A stretch of DNA of 64,000 bases. Source: Infirmifilum sp. GTDB taxonomy: Archaea > Thermoproteota > Thermoprotei > Thermofilales > Thermofilaceae. Numbering within the stretch: position 1 is the first letter of the stretch; the number at the start of each line of letters is the position of its first letter. Positions 9,196-19,273 of this stretch are shown in pieces. Both the position numbers and the translations under genes were made by a program. Below the pieces are notes generated by a model. That model had not been told where the DNA came from and made no database searches. It worked only from the letters and a program-made list of their open reading frames with translations. The stretch covers positions 32,001 to 96,000 of the forward strand of contig JBEULP010000117.1 in assembly GCA_041287245.1 (NCBI GenBank). Direction: 5' to 3'.

Positions 9196-10251
9196 TTGTT
9201 AGTTAGGGATTCGATGCTTAGGCTTCCAAGGACTATTGAGTGGAAAAATGGCTTGGTTAGGCTGATAAACCAAAAGGAGCTTCCTGAAAGGCTAGTTTAT
9301 GTTGAAACTAGTGATTGGAAGAGAGTGGCGAAAGCAATAAAGGATATGGAGATCCGGGGGGCGCCAGCCATAGGTGTCGCTGCGGCTTTCGCACTGGCTC
9401 TTTTCGCGTATCACTCAACTCATAAAACCCTAGACTTATTTATGAAGGAATTTTATACAGTTGCCGAAGAGGTTAAGAAAACAAGGCCTACGGCTGTTAA
9501 TCTGACGTGGGCTGTTGAACGCATAATGTCTAAGGTTAAGCTGGCCTCGAGCATTGATGACGCTAGGAATACAATTATCGAAGAGGCTCTCAGGATTCAG
9601 GAGGAGGACGAGAATGCTAACCGTAGAATAGGAGAGATAGGTTCGGAGCTAATAAGTGATGGCGACACTGTAATAACTGTATGTAATGCAGGTTCTCTAG
9701 CTACGAGCTATTGGGGGACTGCTACAGCTCCGATGTATGTTGCATATGAGAAAGGTAAAAGGTTCCGAGTAATAGCGCTAGAGACCCGTCCTTACCTTCA
9801 AGGAGCAAGGCTCACTGCATGGGAGTTAAGCCAGGCTGGGATTGACGTTGTGATTGCCACCGATAACAGCATTGGGATTCTAGCTATGAAAGAAAAGATA
9901 GACTTGGCGATTGTTGGTGCAGATAGAATTACCCGCAGAGGATGGGTAGCCAATAAGCTGGGAACCTATCCTTTGGCTTTGATATCCCGTGTACATAACA
10001 TACCGTTTTATGTCGCCGCGCCTACCAGCACGCTCGATTTGAGATCCGAAGGCCCAGGGGATTTTGAGATCGAGAGACGCGACCCGGAGGAAGTATTATA
10101 TTGGAAAGGTTATAGGATAGCTCCTGACAAAGTGAGTGCAATCTACTATGCATTTGACGTCACACCGCCCCAGCTTATCACAGGTATTATTACAGAAAGG
10201 GGAATCCTCTATCCCCCCTACGAGAAGAGCATTCCAGGTGCTGTGAAATAA
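9196..10251 (+). CDS. mtnA: S-methyl-5-thioribose-1-phosphate isomerase (aIF-2B-like family)
   Basis: IRGAPAIG, RPTAVNL, CNAGSLAT, ETRPYLQGARLTAWEL, GADRI, ANKLGT, FDVTP; ATG at 9214 is an alternative start. Confidence 0.92.
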   Translation: MLVRDSMLRLPRTIEWKNGLVRLINQKELPERLVYVETSDWKRVAKAIKDMEIRGAPAIGVAAAFALALFAYHSTHKTLDLFMKEFYTVAEEVKKTRPTAVNLTWAVERIMSKVKLASSIDDARNTIIEEALRIQEEDENANRRIGEIGSELISDGDTVITVCNAGSLATSYWGTATAPMYVAYEKGKRFRVIALETRPYLQGARLTAWELSQAGIDVVIATDNSIGILAMKEKIDLAIVGADRITRRGWVANKLGTYPLALISRVHNIPFYVAAPTSTLDLRSEGPGDFEIERRDPEEVLYWKGYRIAPDKVSAIYYAFDVTPPQLITGIITERGILYPPYEKSIPGAVK

Positions 10252-10320
10252 AAGATTTTCTCTTTCTATTTTGGTGAAAAACGTGTATGTTTTAAACCAC
10301 TTAACTCTTAATTTAAGCGC

Positions 10321-10755
10321 GTGCGTACAATGCCGGTAAGGCTAATAAGACTTAAAAGGCTAATAGATCTGATCCATGTTCTAAATGTAAGCCAGCTTCC
10401 ATTGATTCACCACTATACCCTAGATTCTACACATCTCTATTTTGTCCCAGTGACGCTAGGAGGCGAGCCCAGCGTAATTTATTACTACGAGTCGGCTCAG
10501 CCCTTACAGGGAGTCTACGTATTATTTAATAACTTTACAGGCGAGATTATCGTGTCGAACAAGTGGCTATCAGATAGTAAGTATTCCATTATACCCATAA
10601 TAGAGGTTGAGTCTCAAAGCTTCTTTACGTCTAAGGAATTCTTCAATGAGATTCAAAGACACCACGCACATAGGATGAAGAAAGAGAAGCAGGAGAAAGT
10701 GCCAGTGTCTCATAATGAGGAGGTCTTAGCCCCGCATGTTAGTGCCCAGTCTTGA
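10321..10755 (+). CDS. hypothetical protein (resembles uncharacterised crenarchaeal proteins)
   Basis: Clean ORF after an AT-rich promoter region; beta-rich pattern IYYYE...IPIIEV. Confidence 0.6.
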   Translation: MRTMPVRLIRLKRLIDLIHVLNVSQLPLIHHYTLDSTHLYFVPVTLGGEPSVIYYYESAQPLQGVYVLFNNFTGEIIVSNKWLSDSKYSIIPIIEVESQSFFTSKEFFNEIQRHHAHRMKKEKQEKVPVSHNEEVLAPHVSAQS

Positions 10756-10832
10756 TTATGTCCCTTATTATGGATCCTAGAAACACCCAGCCCCCTTTGA
10801 ATTTTGCCGATAGAAGCACAAATACCGCAGAG

Positions 10833-10840
10833 TTTATAAA
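10833..10840 (+). promoter_or_regulatory. putative TATA box of the uL24 ribosomal operon
   Basis: TTTATAAA about 30 nt upstream of the uL24 ATG. Confidence 0.55.
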
Positions 10841-10870
10841 CAAATTATACCAAAGCCTAGCTGGGATAAT

Positions 10871-11254
10871 ATGCAACGGGCTATTTCGTCGAAACCCACC
10901 AAGGTGCGAAAAAGATCAGTCTATACTGCTCCACTACATGTTAGGTCCAAGAGAATAGTTGCTCCTCTATCAGATGAGTTGAGTGAAAAACTGGGCATAA
11001 AGAGAATACGTGTGAGAACAGGAGATCGAGTTCTCATTGTGAGAGGAGCCTTTAAAGGACATGAGGGCAAGGTCGTTCGAGTAAACGTGAAAAAAGAACG
11101 AATATACGTCGAAGGCGCCGTTTTAAGAAAAGCTGATGGTACAGAAGTTCCTTTCCCGATCCACCCCTCTAAGGTTGTTGTCATCGAACTTGACACGTCT
11201 GACAAACGTCGAAAAGAATTAGTCGGCAAGGTTTCTAGTGGTGGTGCTACATGA
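10871..11254 (+). CDS. rpl24p: 50S ribosomal protein uL24
   Basis: [17 protein letters not shown] (KOW), PIHPSKV. Confidence 0.96.
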   Translation: MQRAISSKPTKVRKRSVYTAPLHVRSKRIVAPLSDELSEKLGIKRIRVRTGDRVLIVRGAFKGHEGKVVRVNVKKERIYVEGAVLRKADGTEVPFPIHPSKVVVIELDTSDKRRKELVGKVSSGGAT

Positions 11255-11997
11255 AGAGGAAGATAAAGAGTAGTCTTAGACACTTAAGAAGGTCTGTCGC
11301 CCCGCCCTTCTGGCCAATTAGCCGTAAGCAGTATGTGTGGACTGTAAGGCCTAAACCGGGACCCCATCCCTTGACAAGGAGTATTCCACTGGGGATAGTG
11401 ATAAGAGACCTTCTCGGATATGCTACTTCTATGAAGGAGGCTAGAAGGATACTGGCAGAGAAGAAAATAGCTGTAGACGGGAGGATTGTGACGGATTATA
11501 AGTTTCCAATCGGATTAATGGACGTCATTCATATTCTTCCAGAGGATAAATATTATAGAGTAGTTCCTGATGAGAAGGCTAAACTAAAACTCATAGAGAT
11601 TCGAAAAGAAGAGGCAGTCCACAAGCTGGGGCGCGTTATACGGAAGCAAACGGTCCCTGGGGGTGCAATCCAGATTACCCTCCACGACGGTAGAAACCTC
11701 ATACTTTCAAAGGAGGGAACCGAGGGTCAGTCTAACATAAAACCCTTTGACTCTGTTCTAATCACAATTCCGAAACAATCACTTGTAAGGCATATTCCGC
11801 TTAAAGAAGGTATACTCGCCGTGGTAACAGAGGGGAGACACACTGGCTTTGTAGGGCGCATAGAGTCTATTCAACACATCTTCAAAAGACGCAATGCTAT
11901 TGTTGTTTTGAAAAACGAAAAGGGCGAGACTATTAGAACCGTGTTAGAATATATACTTCCTGTTGGAGAAGAGCAATCGGTTTTAACTATAGGGTGA
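11251..11997 (+). CDS. rps4e: 30S ribosomal protein eS4 (S4e)
   Basis: [28 protein letters not shown]. Confidence 0.97.
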   Translation: MKRKIKSSLRHLRRSVAPPFWPISRKQYVWTVRPKPGPHPLTRSIPLGIVIRDLLGYATSMKEARRILAEKKIAVDGRIVTDYKFPIGLMDVIHILPEDKYYRVVPDEKAKLKLIEIRKEEAVHKLGRVIRKQTVPGGAIQITLHDGRNLILSKEGTEGQSNIKPFDSVLITIPKQSLVRHIPLKEGILAVVTEGRHTGFVGRIESIQHIFKRRNAIVVLKNEKGETIRTVLEYILPVGEEQSVLTIG

Positions 11998-11998
11998 G

Positions 11999-12550
11999 AT
12001 GAAAATGAAGGACACGTTAGTCATGGAAACAGATCATCCTATGCGCAAGGTCTTTATTTCAAAGGTAGTTGTTAATATTGGAGTTGGAGAAGGGGGTGAA
12101 AGGCTCGCAAAAGCAGCTAAGCTTCTTGAAGAACTGACAGGTCAGAAACCCTCCCTACGCAAGGCAAGGAAAAGCATAAAAGACTTCGGTGTTAGGAGAG
12201 GCGAAAATATAGCCGCAATGGTTACGCTTAGGGGAGAAAAGGCAATAACGTTTTTGAAGAAAGCTCTAGCTGCGGTAGAGAACAGGATTAATGAAAGAAG
12301 CATAGACCGGCATGGAAACTTTGCCTTCGGGGTTCGTGAACATATACTTCTACCCGGGGTTAAGTACGACCCTGAGGTAGGTATTTTTGGTTTCGATGTT
12401 ATTGTGCGTATGGAGAGACCAGGTTATCGTGTGGCTTGTAGAAGAAGAAAAAGATCCAAGATCGGTAAGAATCACTATGTTTCCAAAGACGAGACCATAG
12501 CTTTTTTAGAAAAAGTTTTAGGCGTGAATGTAGTTCGGTCGAAAAGGTGA
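11999..12550 (+). CDS. rpl5p: 50S ribosomal protein uL5
   Basis: KVVVNIGVGEGGERL, VTLRG, GNFAFG, YDPEVGIFG. Confidence 0.97.
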   Translation: MKMKDTLVMETDHPMRKVFISKVVVNIGVGEGGERLAKAAKLLEELTGQKPSLRKARKSIKDFGVRRGENIAAMVTLRGEKAITFLKKALAAVENRINERSIDRHGNFAFGVREHILLPGVKYDPEVGIFGFDVIVRMERPGYRVACRRRKRSKIGKNHYVSKDETIAFLEKVLGVNVVRSKR

Positions 12551-12556
12551 AAATAT

Positions 12557-12721
12557 ATGGCTAAACTTCATCCTCCAAAAAAACGAAAATACGGGAAGGG
12601 TAGCCGTCGATGCGTCAGGTGTGGCACACACGAGGCAGTTATTCGAATATATGGTCTCAACTTATGCAGAAGATGTTTCCGTGAGGTTGCAGAAGAAATA
12701 GGATTCAAGAAATATTCGTAG
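12557..12721 (+). CDS. rps14p: 30S ribosomal protein uS14 (Zn-binding), not in the ORF track
   Basis: Hand translation [54 protein letters not shown]; CxxC...CxxC; AGGTGA SD; expected position between uL5 and uS8. Confidence 0.96.
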   Translation: MAKLHPPKKRKYGKGSRRCVRCGTHEAVIRIYGLNLCRRCFREVAEEIGFKKYS

Positions 12722-12733
12722 AGGTGAAAACGT

Positions 12734-13123
12734 ATGATAATGGATACTTTAGCTAATGCCCTTGCGACAATTCTCAGTAACGAGGAGAGAGGAAGTAAGG
12801 AATGCATTATCTATCCCTCGTCGAAGCTTATCGCTCAGGTTCTGAATGTAATGAAACAGCAAGGCTACATTGAAGACTTCGAGTATATTAACGATGGGCG
12901 AGGCGGAAAATTTATTGTCAAGCTGAACGGCCGCATCAACAAATGCGGTGCTATTAAGCCTAGATTTTCTGTAAAGAAAGACGAATATAGTAAGTGGGAA
13001 CAACAGTTTCTCCCCTCGCGGGACATTGGGATTCTAATCGTATCTACGCCTCGCGGGGTTATGAGTCATAGAGAAGCGCAGGAAAAGAACCTCGGTGGTG
13101 TCCTAGTAGCATATGTCTATTAA
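12734..13123 (+). CDS. rps8p: 30S ribosomal protein uS8
   Basis: [43 protein letters not shown]. Confidence 0.97.
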   Translation: MIMDTLANALATILSNEERGSKECIIYPSSKLIAQVLNVMKQQGYIEDFEYINDGRGGKFIVKLNGRINKCGAIKPRFSVKKDEYSKWEQQFLPSRDIGILIVSTPRGVMSHREAQEKNLGGVLVAYVY

Positions 13124-13136
13124 TGGTGATGTAGAA

Positions 13137-13589
13137 ATGAGCGGAGAAAACATGGAAAAAAGAGAGGAGAAAAGTGAGAAGAAAAAGCCTAAACCACAGT
13201 TACCTGCTGGAATTGTAAAACAGTTGAAGCTAAGATCTCGTATCTCGGCCCGAAGGCCAAAGTTCATCCGAATGAACTCCTGGATAATCAAAAGGCTAGA
13301 CGATGTTTGGCGTAGCCCCCGCCGAAGCCTCGAGAATAAAATACGGCTTCAACGTAAAGGCTTCCCGCCTCTTGTTAAGGTTGGATATAGGGGGCCTTCG
13401 AAGGTCCGCGGCCTTCACCCATCAGGATTCCAAGAAGTCATAGTCCACACACCCGAAGAACTCGAGAACATAGATCCCAACGTTCAAGCTGTTCGCATCG
13501 CGTCTACAGTTGGGAGGCGGAAGAGAATCGAAATAATTAAAAAGGCTGATGAGAAGGGGATCCGTATACTTAATGTTGGGGGTGCGTAG
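13137..13589 (+). CDS. rpl32e: 50S ribosomal protein eL32
   Basis: RPKFIR, WRSPR, KVGYRGP, RGLHPSG, VGRRKR; ATG at 13137 follows GGTGA. Confidence 0.95.
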   Translation: MSGENMEKREEKSEKKKPKPQLPAGIVKQLKLRSRISARRPKFIRMNSWIIKRLDDVWRSPRRSLENKIRLQRKGFPPLVKVGYRGPSKVRGLHPSGFQEVIVHTPEELENIDPNVQAVRIASTVGRRKRIEIIKKADEKGIRILNVGGA

Positions 13590-13591
13590 AG

Positions 13592-14035
13592 ATGGATGTG
13601 AGCGTTGCTCGTAGGCTGGCATCTGAAGTACTGGGAGTCGGTGAAAGTAGAATATGGATTGACCCAGATCACCTTGAAGACGTTGCAGCCGCAATTAGTC
13701 GTGATGATGTACGCCGCCTTCTAAAAGACGGTGTAATACGCGTTTTGCCCCCCTCTACACCCTCTCGTGGACGATTGAGGATACGCAAGTCCAAGAAAAG
13801 AGGGAGGGGGCCTGGAAGCAGAAAAGGCCCACGCGTAGATGAGAAAAAGGTGTGGATGGCTCGCGTCAGATCTCAAAGAAGATATCTCAAGGCCTTAAAG
13901 GAAAAGGGCTTAATGAATAGCAAAGATTTTTGGACGGTGTATAAGCTCGTCAAAGGTGGCATGTTTAGAAGTCTCTCCCACCTTAAGCTTTATCTCTCGG
14001 AACATAAGCTTGTAAAGGTGAAAGAAGGTGCCTAA
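13592..14035 (+). CDS. rpl19e: 50S ribosomal protein eL19
   Basis: [36 protein letters not shown]. Confidence 0.97.
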   Translation: MDVSVARRLASEVLGVGESRIWIDPDHLEDVAAAISRDDVRRLLKDGVIRVLPPSTPSRGRLRIRKSKKRGRGPGSRKGPRVDEKKVWMARVRSQRRYLKALKEKGLMNSKDFWTVYKLVKGGMFRSLSHLKLYLSEHKLVKVKEGA

Positions 14036-14618
14036 AACTTCAACTTATCGTATAGCTTTGAAACGGAGGAGAGAAGGCAAGACGAACTATTATAAGCGGA
14101 GGAAGCTTATACTTTCCAAGAAACCCCGCCTCGTCGTCAGAGTGTTGTCTAGGACGATAGTGGTTCAGCTTGTGAAAGCGGCTCCAAAAGGTGATATAAC
14201 CTTAGCGGCTGCAAGTTCTAAAGAGCTTCTAAAATATGGGTGGAAGGGTGGCTTGAAGAATACCTCCTCTGCCTATCTTCTAGGGCTGTTGGTTGCTTTA
14301 AAGGCTAAAAAGAAAGACGTAGAAGAAGCCGTCCTTGACATAGGCTTACACCGTCCTGTCAAAGGGTCTCGCGTGTTTGCTGTGGCTAAAGGTGCTATTG
14401 ATGGGGGATTGAACATCCCTGCGGGCTCGGAGATATTCCCAGAAGAGAGTAGAATAAAGGGAGAACATATAGCGTCGTATGCCAGTATGCTTAAAGAGAA
14501 GGATCCAGAGTTATACAAAAAACGCTTTTCCATCTACCTGGCTAACGGGATAGAACCAGAAAATCTGCCAAGCCACTTCGAGGAAGTTAAGAATGCACTT
14601 CTAAAAGCTGATCCATGA
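14028..14618 (+). CDS. rpl18p: 50S ribosomal protein uL18
   Basis: [32 protein letters not shown]. Confidence 0.97.
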   Translation: MPKTSTYRIALKRRREGKTNYYKRRKLILSKKPRLVVRVLSRTIVVQLVKAAPKGDITLAAASSKELLKYGWKGGLKNTSSAYLLGLLVALKAKKKDVEEAVLDIGLHRPVKGSRVFAVAKGAIDGGLNIPAGSEIFPEESRIKGEHIASYASMLKEKDPELYKKRFSIYLANGIEPENLPSHFEEVKNALLKADP

Positions 14619-14666
14619 GGGAAAGGTTATATAATATGCTAGTTGTTGGATGTTGAGGTGGATTTT

Positions 14667-15278
14667 ATGTCGCTCGGTAACTGGGTTCCACGGACACAGG
14701 TTGGGAGACTCGTGGCGGAGGGTAAAATAAAATCAATAGAAGAGATCTTCGCAAGAAACCTTCCAATTAGAGAAGTTGAAATAATCGACGCTTTGCTGCC
14801 TGACCTTAAGTTCGAAGTTCTTAATGTTAACTTCGTCCAGCGTCAGACCGACTCTGGCGAGGTCAGCCAGTATCAGGTTACTGTCGCCGTCGGTAATGAA
14901 AATGGCTTTGTAGGAGTGGGTATGGGGAAGTCTAAACATATAGGCACAGCTATAGACAAGGCCGTTAAAAGGGCTAAGCTAAGCATTGTCCCCGTAAGAA
15001 GAGGATGCGGCAGCTGGGAGTGTCTCTGCGGAGCACCTCACAGTGTTCCTTTTAAGGTTGAAGGAAAGAGCGGTAGCGTGAAGATAGTATTACTTCCAGC
15101 ACCTAAAGGAGTTGGAATTGTCGCATCGGATGTAGCAAAGGTTGTGCTACGGCTAGCCGGTGTGAGCGACGTCTGGTCCAGGTCGTTTGGTGAGACGCGA
15201 ACAACTCATAACATGGCAAAGGCTGTTTATGAAGCTCTCAAGCAAACCTCCAAGATACATACTCCTGACATGTGGTGA
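14667..15278 (+). CDS. rps5p: 30S ribosomal protein uS5
   Basis: WVPRTQVGRLV, RRGCGSWEC, PAPKGVG; ATG at 14667 follows GAGGTGG. Confidence 0.97.
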   Translation: MSLGNWVPRTQVGRLVAEGKIKSIEEIFARNLPIREVEIIDALLPDLKFEVLNVNFVQRQTDSGEVSQYQVTVAVGNENGFVGVGMGKSKHIGTAIDKAVKRAKLSIVPVRRGCGSWECLCGAPHSVPFKVEGKSGSVKIVLLPAPKGVGIVASDVAKVVLRLAGVSDVWSRSFGETRTTHNMAKAVYEALKQTSKIHTPDMW

Positions 15279-15283
15279 AGGAA

Positions 15284-15754
15284 ATGACGTTGCTTTTTGT
15301 GTTAAGGCTTAGAGGAAAGCCTGATAGAACTCCCGATCAAGAGAAGGCTTTAGAGCTGTTAAGGCTTCACAAAACATGGCATGCTACACTCGTCCAGGAC
15401 ACTCCCTCTATAAGAGGAATGCTTGAGAAAACTCTGAACAATGTGGTCACATACGGTGAAATACGCAAAGATGTGCTTATAGAGCTTTTGAAAAAACGCG
15501 CAAGGCTAGAGGGAAATAAGAAGCTAACAGAGGAATATCTCAAGTCAATAGGATATGATAGCTTCGAGAGTCTGGCTGATGCCCTTCTCAAAGGAAGCGT
15601 TAGCCTAAATGAAATTCCAAAGCTTAAGCCAGTATTTCGCCTCCACCCCCCAGCTAAGGGGTTTAAGGGAACAATTAGGAAACAATATAAAGGAGGCGGC
15701 GAGGCGGGATACCGAGGAGAGGCTATAAACGACCTAATTTTGAAAATGCTATAA
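15284..15754 (+). CDS. rpl30p: 50S ribosomal protein uL30
   Basis: LRLRG, LLRLHK, VTYGE, PVFRLHPP-KGFK, GYRGEAIN-LI-KM; start uncertain (15272 or 15284). Confidence 0.95.
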   Translation: MTLLFVLRLRGKPDRTPDQEKALELLRLHKTWHATLVQDTPSIRGMLEKTLNNVVTYGEIRKDVLIELLKKRARLEGNKKLTEEYLKSIGYDSFESLADALLKGSVSLNEIPKLKPVFRLHPPAKGFKGTIRKQYKGGGEAGYRGEAINDLILKML

Positions 15755-15893
15755 TGCTTCATCCTGTGTTTTAACTCTTCTAACCCATAAACGTTGTTTG
15801 AAAGACTAGGCACTCCAGGATTCAGGTACCCCTAGCCCTCATACGGTAAGTTTAAAAAAGGCTCTCAAAAATTGCAATGAGGGGTGCATTGAC

Positions 15894-16346
15894 TTGGTTA
15901 GACGCCGTGAAAAAAAGAGCAAGTATTTCCGAGGAAGCAGGACTTGCGGGTGGGGGCGTGTAGCTCAGCATCGCAGGAGCGGGAGGAAAGGTGGCAGAGG
16001 CTTTGTAGGTTTTCACAAACACAAGTGGAGCTGGGCTGTAAAGTATGCGCCTGATTGGTATGGCGCATATGGTTTTAAGCGGCATCCTTCCATAATGATC
16101 CATTATTCTGTTCTCAACGTTGGTCTTTTGGATGAGCAGATCGATAAGCTTGTTGAAAAAGGTCTGGCGACTAAAGAAGGAGATAAGTACGTTGTCGATC
16201 TTTCCAGGCTAGGGGTAAACAAGCTTACAGGGGCAGGCCAGGTCACCAAGAAAATTGTAGTAACTGTTTATAAGGCTACGGAGCAGGCTGTTGAAAAGAT
16301 CAAATCAGCGGGAGGAGAGATCATTGTTAGCGGTGAAGCGAATTGA
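15894..16346 (+). CDS. rpl15p: 50S ribosomal protein uL15
   Basis: RGSRTCGWG, HRRSGRKGGRG, HKHKW, KLTGAG. Confidence 0.96.
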   Translation: MVRRREKKSKYFRGSRTCGWGRVAQHRRSGRKGGRGFVGFHKHKWSWAVKYAPDWYGAYGFKRHPSIMIHYSVLNVGLLDEQIDKLVEKGLATKEGDKYVVDLSRLGVNKLTGAGQVTKKIVVTVYKATEQAVEKIKSAGGEIIVSGEAN

Positions 16347-17785
16347 GCCTATACGATCGTCTATCTACCATATTCAGAGTACTACCCGAGGTTGAGAGGC
16401 CCTCAAGACGGCCTAGCTTAAGTGAAAGGCTCTTTTGGACCGGCCTTGTACTCGTAGCGTATTTCCTTATGGGCCAAATACCCCTTTACGGAATTCCTAG
16501 ACAAACCCAAGGAACCATCGGCGCGCTAGAGTTTCTACGCATTGTAATGGCGTCTAAACGAGGTACCTTGATAGAGCTTGGAATAGGCCCCATTGTTACA
16601 GCAGGAATAATCTGGCAGTTACTTGTTGGTAGTAGGATTATAAACTTGGACTTGACTTCGAGTAGTGGTAGGAAGACGTTTGCGGGTCTCCAGAAGCTAA
16701 CTGCTATTCTCTTCGCGGCACTCGAAGCATTCGCCTATATTTATGGGGGTGTCTACGGAGCACTAACTGCAACTCAGCAATACCTAGTTTTTGCGCAGCT
16801 ATTCATTGCCAGTTTATTCGTTATTCTAATGGATGACATGTTAGAAAAGGGATGGGGCATTGGAAGCGCGGTAAGCCTCTTCATAGCCGCTGGTGTGGCT
16901 CAACAGATATTCTGGGAGATGTTTGGGCCTATCGGGCCACTCGCCGATGGATTATATTATGGCTTTTTCCCCTCTCTCGCAGTTGGAATTGCCAATTTTG
17001 TCGCAACTGGAAATTCTACCTTGCTTCAATATTCCCTCTTAAGACCGACGGGGTACCCTGACTTCGTCAGCTTTGCTTCAATGATAGTTCTCCTATTAAT
17101 ATTGGCGTATATGGAAAGCACGAAGGTCACAATTCCTGTCGCCAGTGCAAGATTTAGCGGAATGCGGACAAGGATACCACTAAAACTCCTCTATGTATCC
17201 GTTATGCCAGTGATTCTTGTCGGAGCCCTCTATGCAAATGTATACATGATAACACAAGCTCTATGGCCGCGAGTGAACCCCGGGAACGAAAATCCCTATC
17301 TAAACCTTATCGCTAAATTCAACTATACCCAAAATGGCCCTGTTCCACTACCTGGAAGCCTAGTCTATTATATAACTCCTCCACGATCCGTCTACTCTAT
17401 AATCTACGACCCACTTCACGTTGCAATCTATACGTTAGTTTATCTGTTACTGGCTGTTCTATTCGGGGCAGCGTGGATCATAACCTCCGGCATGGACCCT
17501 GAAAGCCAGGCCGAGCAACTTGTCAAAGCCCAGCTCCAAATCCCCGGCTTCAGGAAGAGCGAGAAAGTAATAGCAAACATGCTAAGAAGGTATATTTGGA
17601 GTCTCACCATCTTGAGCAGTATTCTTATCGGGATTATAGCGGTTGTGAGCGACCTTTTAAGGGCGATGGGAGGAGGTACGGGTATACTCTTACTTGTTGG
17701 CATCACTATCCAGTATTACTCAATGCTTGCCAGCGAACGTGCCCTCGAAATGTATCCAACGCTGTCAAAGCTTCTGGGAGAATAA
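16343..17785 (+). CDS. secY: preprotein translocase subunit SecY (Sec61 alpha)
   Basis: ELGIGPIVTAGII, GWGIGSAVSLFIAAGV, PLKLLYVS, IPGFR, GGGTGILL; multiple TM segments. Confidence 0.97.
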   Translation: MSLYDRLSTIFRVLPEVERPSRRPSLSERLFWTGLVLVAYFLMGQIPLYGIPRQTQGTIGALEFLRIVMASKRGTLIELGIGPIVTAGIIWQLLVGSRIINLDLTSSSGRKTFAGLQKLTAILFAALEAFAYIYGGVYGALTATQQYLVFAQLFIASLFVILMDDMLEKGWGIGSAVSLFIAAGVAQQIFWEMFGPIGPLADGLYYGFFPSLAVGIANFVATGNSTLLQYSLLRPTGYPDFVSFASMIVLLLILAYMESTKVTIPVASARFSGMRTRIPLKLLYVSVMPVILVGALYANVYMITQALWPRVNPGNENPYLNLIAKFNYTQNGPVPLPGSLVYYITPPRSVYSIIYDPLHVAIYTLVYLLLAVLFGAAWIITSGMDPESQAEQLVKAQLQIPGFRKSEKVIANMLRRYIWSLTILSSILIGIIAVVSDLLRAMGGGTGILLLVGITIQYYSMLASERALEMYPTLSKLLGE

Positions 17786-17924
17786 GAAGGACAGCCATAG
17801 CGATATTATTTTTATTTTATGTAGAAAAATTCTTCAAATTTAAGCCTGAAATATAAAAATCATCACTTCTATATTAAAATAAAATTTTAATACTTAAACA
17901 ATTAATCAATCCTTTGAGATAAAA

Positions 17925-18137
17925 ATGCCGCGTAAAGTCACAGATAAGATCATAGAGAGGAAAAAACTTATCCACGACTATCTCAAAAAGCATGGCCCAA
18001 TACCAACAGTTGAGATAGTAAAGGATCTCGGGCTATCCCACAGCCAGGTCTTTTATATACTGCGGTTATTAATGCGTGAGGGGAAGGTTCGAGAGGAGAG
18101 AAGGGGTAAGATGGCGTTTTGGGTAGCAGTCGAATAA
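17925..18137 (+). CDS. small winged helix-turn-helix DNA-binding protein
   Basis: 70 aa; I-DYLKKHGPIPTVEIVKDLGLSHSQVFYILRLL-REGKV wHTH pattern. Confidence 0.8.
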   Translation: MPRKVTDKIIERKKLIHDYLKKHGPIPTVEIVKDLGLSHSQVFYILRLLMREGKVREERRGKMAFWVAVE

Positions 18138-18193
18138 TCCAGACCGACGTGTTTAAATATAAAAACTTTGAAGATGACATCAAGGTGGGATAA

Positions 18194-18307
18194 ATGGGCG
18201 GGCGTCAGAGAACCTCTCTTTTCCTGGAGAGGAAGAAAGAACTACTAAAGGAAAAAGCTCAGGCGGCTCAGGCTGCTAAGTCAAAAGAAAAGTCCCCTGA
18301 GAAGTAA
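18194..18307 (+). CDS. putative 37-aa basic small protein, not in the ORF track
   Basis: MGGRQRTSLFLERKKELLKEKAQAAQAAKSKEKSPEK; AGGTGGGA SD just upstream; fills the gap between two genes. Confidence 0.55.
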   Translation: MGGRQRTSLFLERKKELLKEKAQAAQAAKSKEKSPEK

Positions 18308-18319
18308 AAGGATGTATAA

Positions 18320-19156
18320 ATGAATACGTGTATTTTTCCACCCTCTAAGCCCATTTACAAGCGTGTTGTGGCAATACCTTCATCTAATTTTTCCAATCTT
18401 CCCGAACCTGCACGTACATTCCATATTGCGCTTCTCGCAAGAGCGCTAGCTATTTTTCGGGTCGAGGAGGTTGCCATATATAGACATGAAGGGGTTTCAT
18501 GTACTCATATTGAGGACGTGCTTAAGGCTCTTGAAACGCCCCAGTACCTTAGAAAAAAACTAACACCGCTTAAACCGCAGTTGAAGTATGTTGGGTTAGT
18601 CCCGCCTCTAGCTATTCCCTCGCACCAGCTTAAGGGTGAGGACTACCAGTACAGGGAGGGCCTCGTGGTCGCGAAGCATGGAGATATTCTTATTATTGAT
18701 ATAGGACTCGAGAGGCCTATTAGGCTCAAGGGAAGTTTAAACATGGGCGAACGCGTAACGGTGAAGAAGGAGGGGGACATTTGGCGAATCGTTGACCCGG
18801 ACAGCATAGAAGTTTACTGGGGGTTCAGAATAAAATGTTTCCCAGATTTAAGGTCACTCATCGATTACTATAGAAGTTTTTTGATCATAGCTGCTTCGCG
18901 CAAGGGGGTTCCCCTTACTACTCAGATCCTCTCATCAATCATTGGAAATTTAAGTAGCATGGGTGCTTCTGGTGTTCTTTTTCTCTTTGGAAGCTGGAAG
19001 AAGGGATTACATGAAATTGCTAGAGAAGAAGGTTTAGAGCTTGCCTCGATATCGAATTATATTCTGAATACGATACAATGCCAGGGTACGCGTACTGTGA
19101 GAACCGAGGAGGCCGTGTTAGCAACTCTCTCAATCTTCAATATTATTATCGGCTAA
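18320..19156 (+). CDS. SPOUT-class RNA methyltransferase (DUF171/C9orf114-like)
   Basis: ARALAIFRVEEV, ETPQYLRK, LKYVGLVPPL, YREG, QGTRTVRTEEA; usual position upstream of uL3. Confidence 0.9.
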   Translation: MNTCIFPPSKPIYKRVVAIPSSNFSNLPEPARTFHIALLARALAIFRVEEVAIYRHEGVSCTHIEDVLKALETPQYLRKKLTPLKPQLKYVGLVPPLAIPSHQLKGEDYQYREGLVVAKHGDILIIDIGLERPIRLKGSLNMGERVTVKKEGDIWRIVDPDSIEVYWGFRIKCFPDLRSLIDYYRSFLIIAASRKGVPLTTQILSSIIGNLSSMGASGVLFLFGSWKKGLHEIAREEGLELASISNYILNTIQCQGTRTVRTEEAVLATLSIFNIIIG

Positions 19157-19273
19157 AGTTATACGGGTTGAAGGGCACCTCCTATATCTTGCGGCAGACC
19201 CCTGCAGTAAATTTAATAAGCCGTATAAACGTTGAAACGAACCGGTGTATCCTAGAGTTAGTGGTGGAGATAA

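Noticed and set aside
12568..12807. 79-aa minus-strand ORF
   Set aside because: Antisense to the real uS14 and uS8 genes
15822..15844. Possible box C/D fragment on the minus strand (GUAUGA - 13 nt - CUGA) between uL30 and uL15
   Set aside because: Only one degenerate box pair; no second pair, terminal stem or recognisable target
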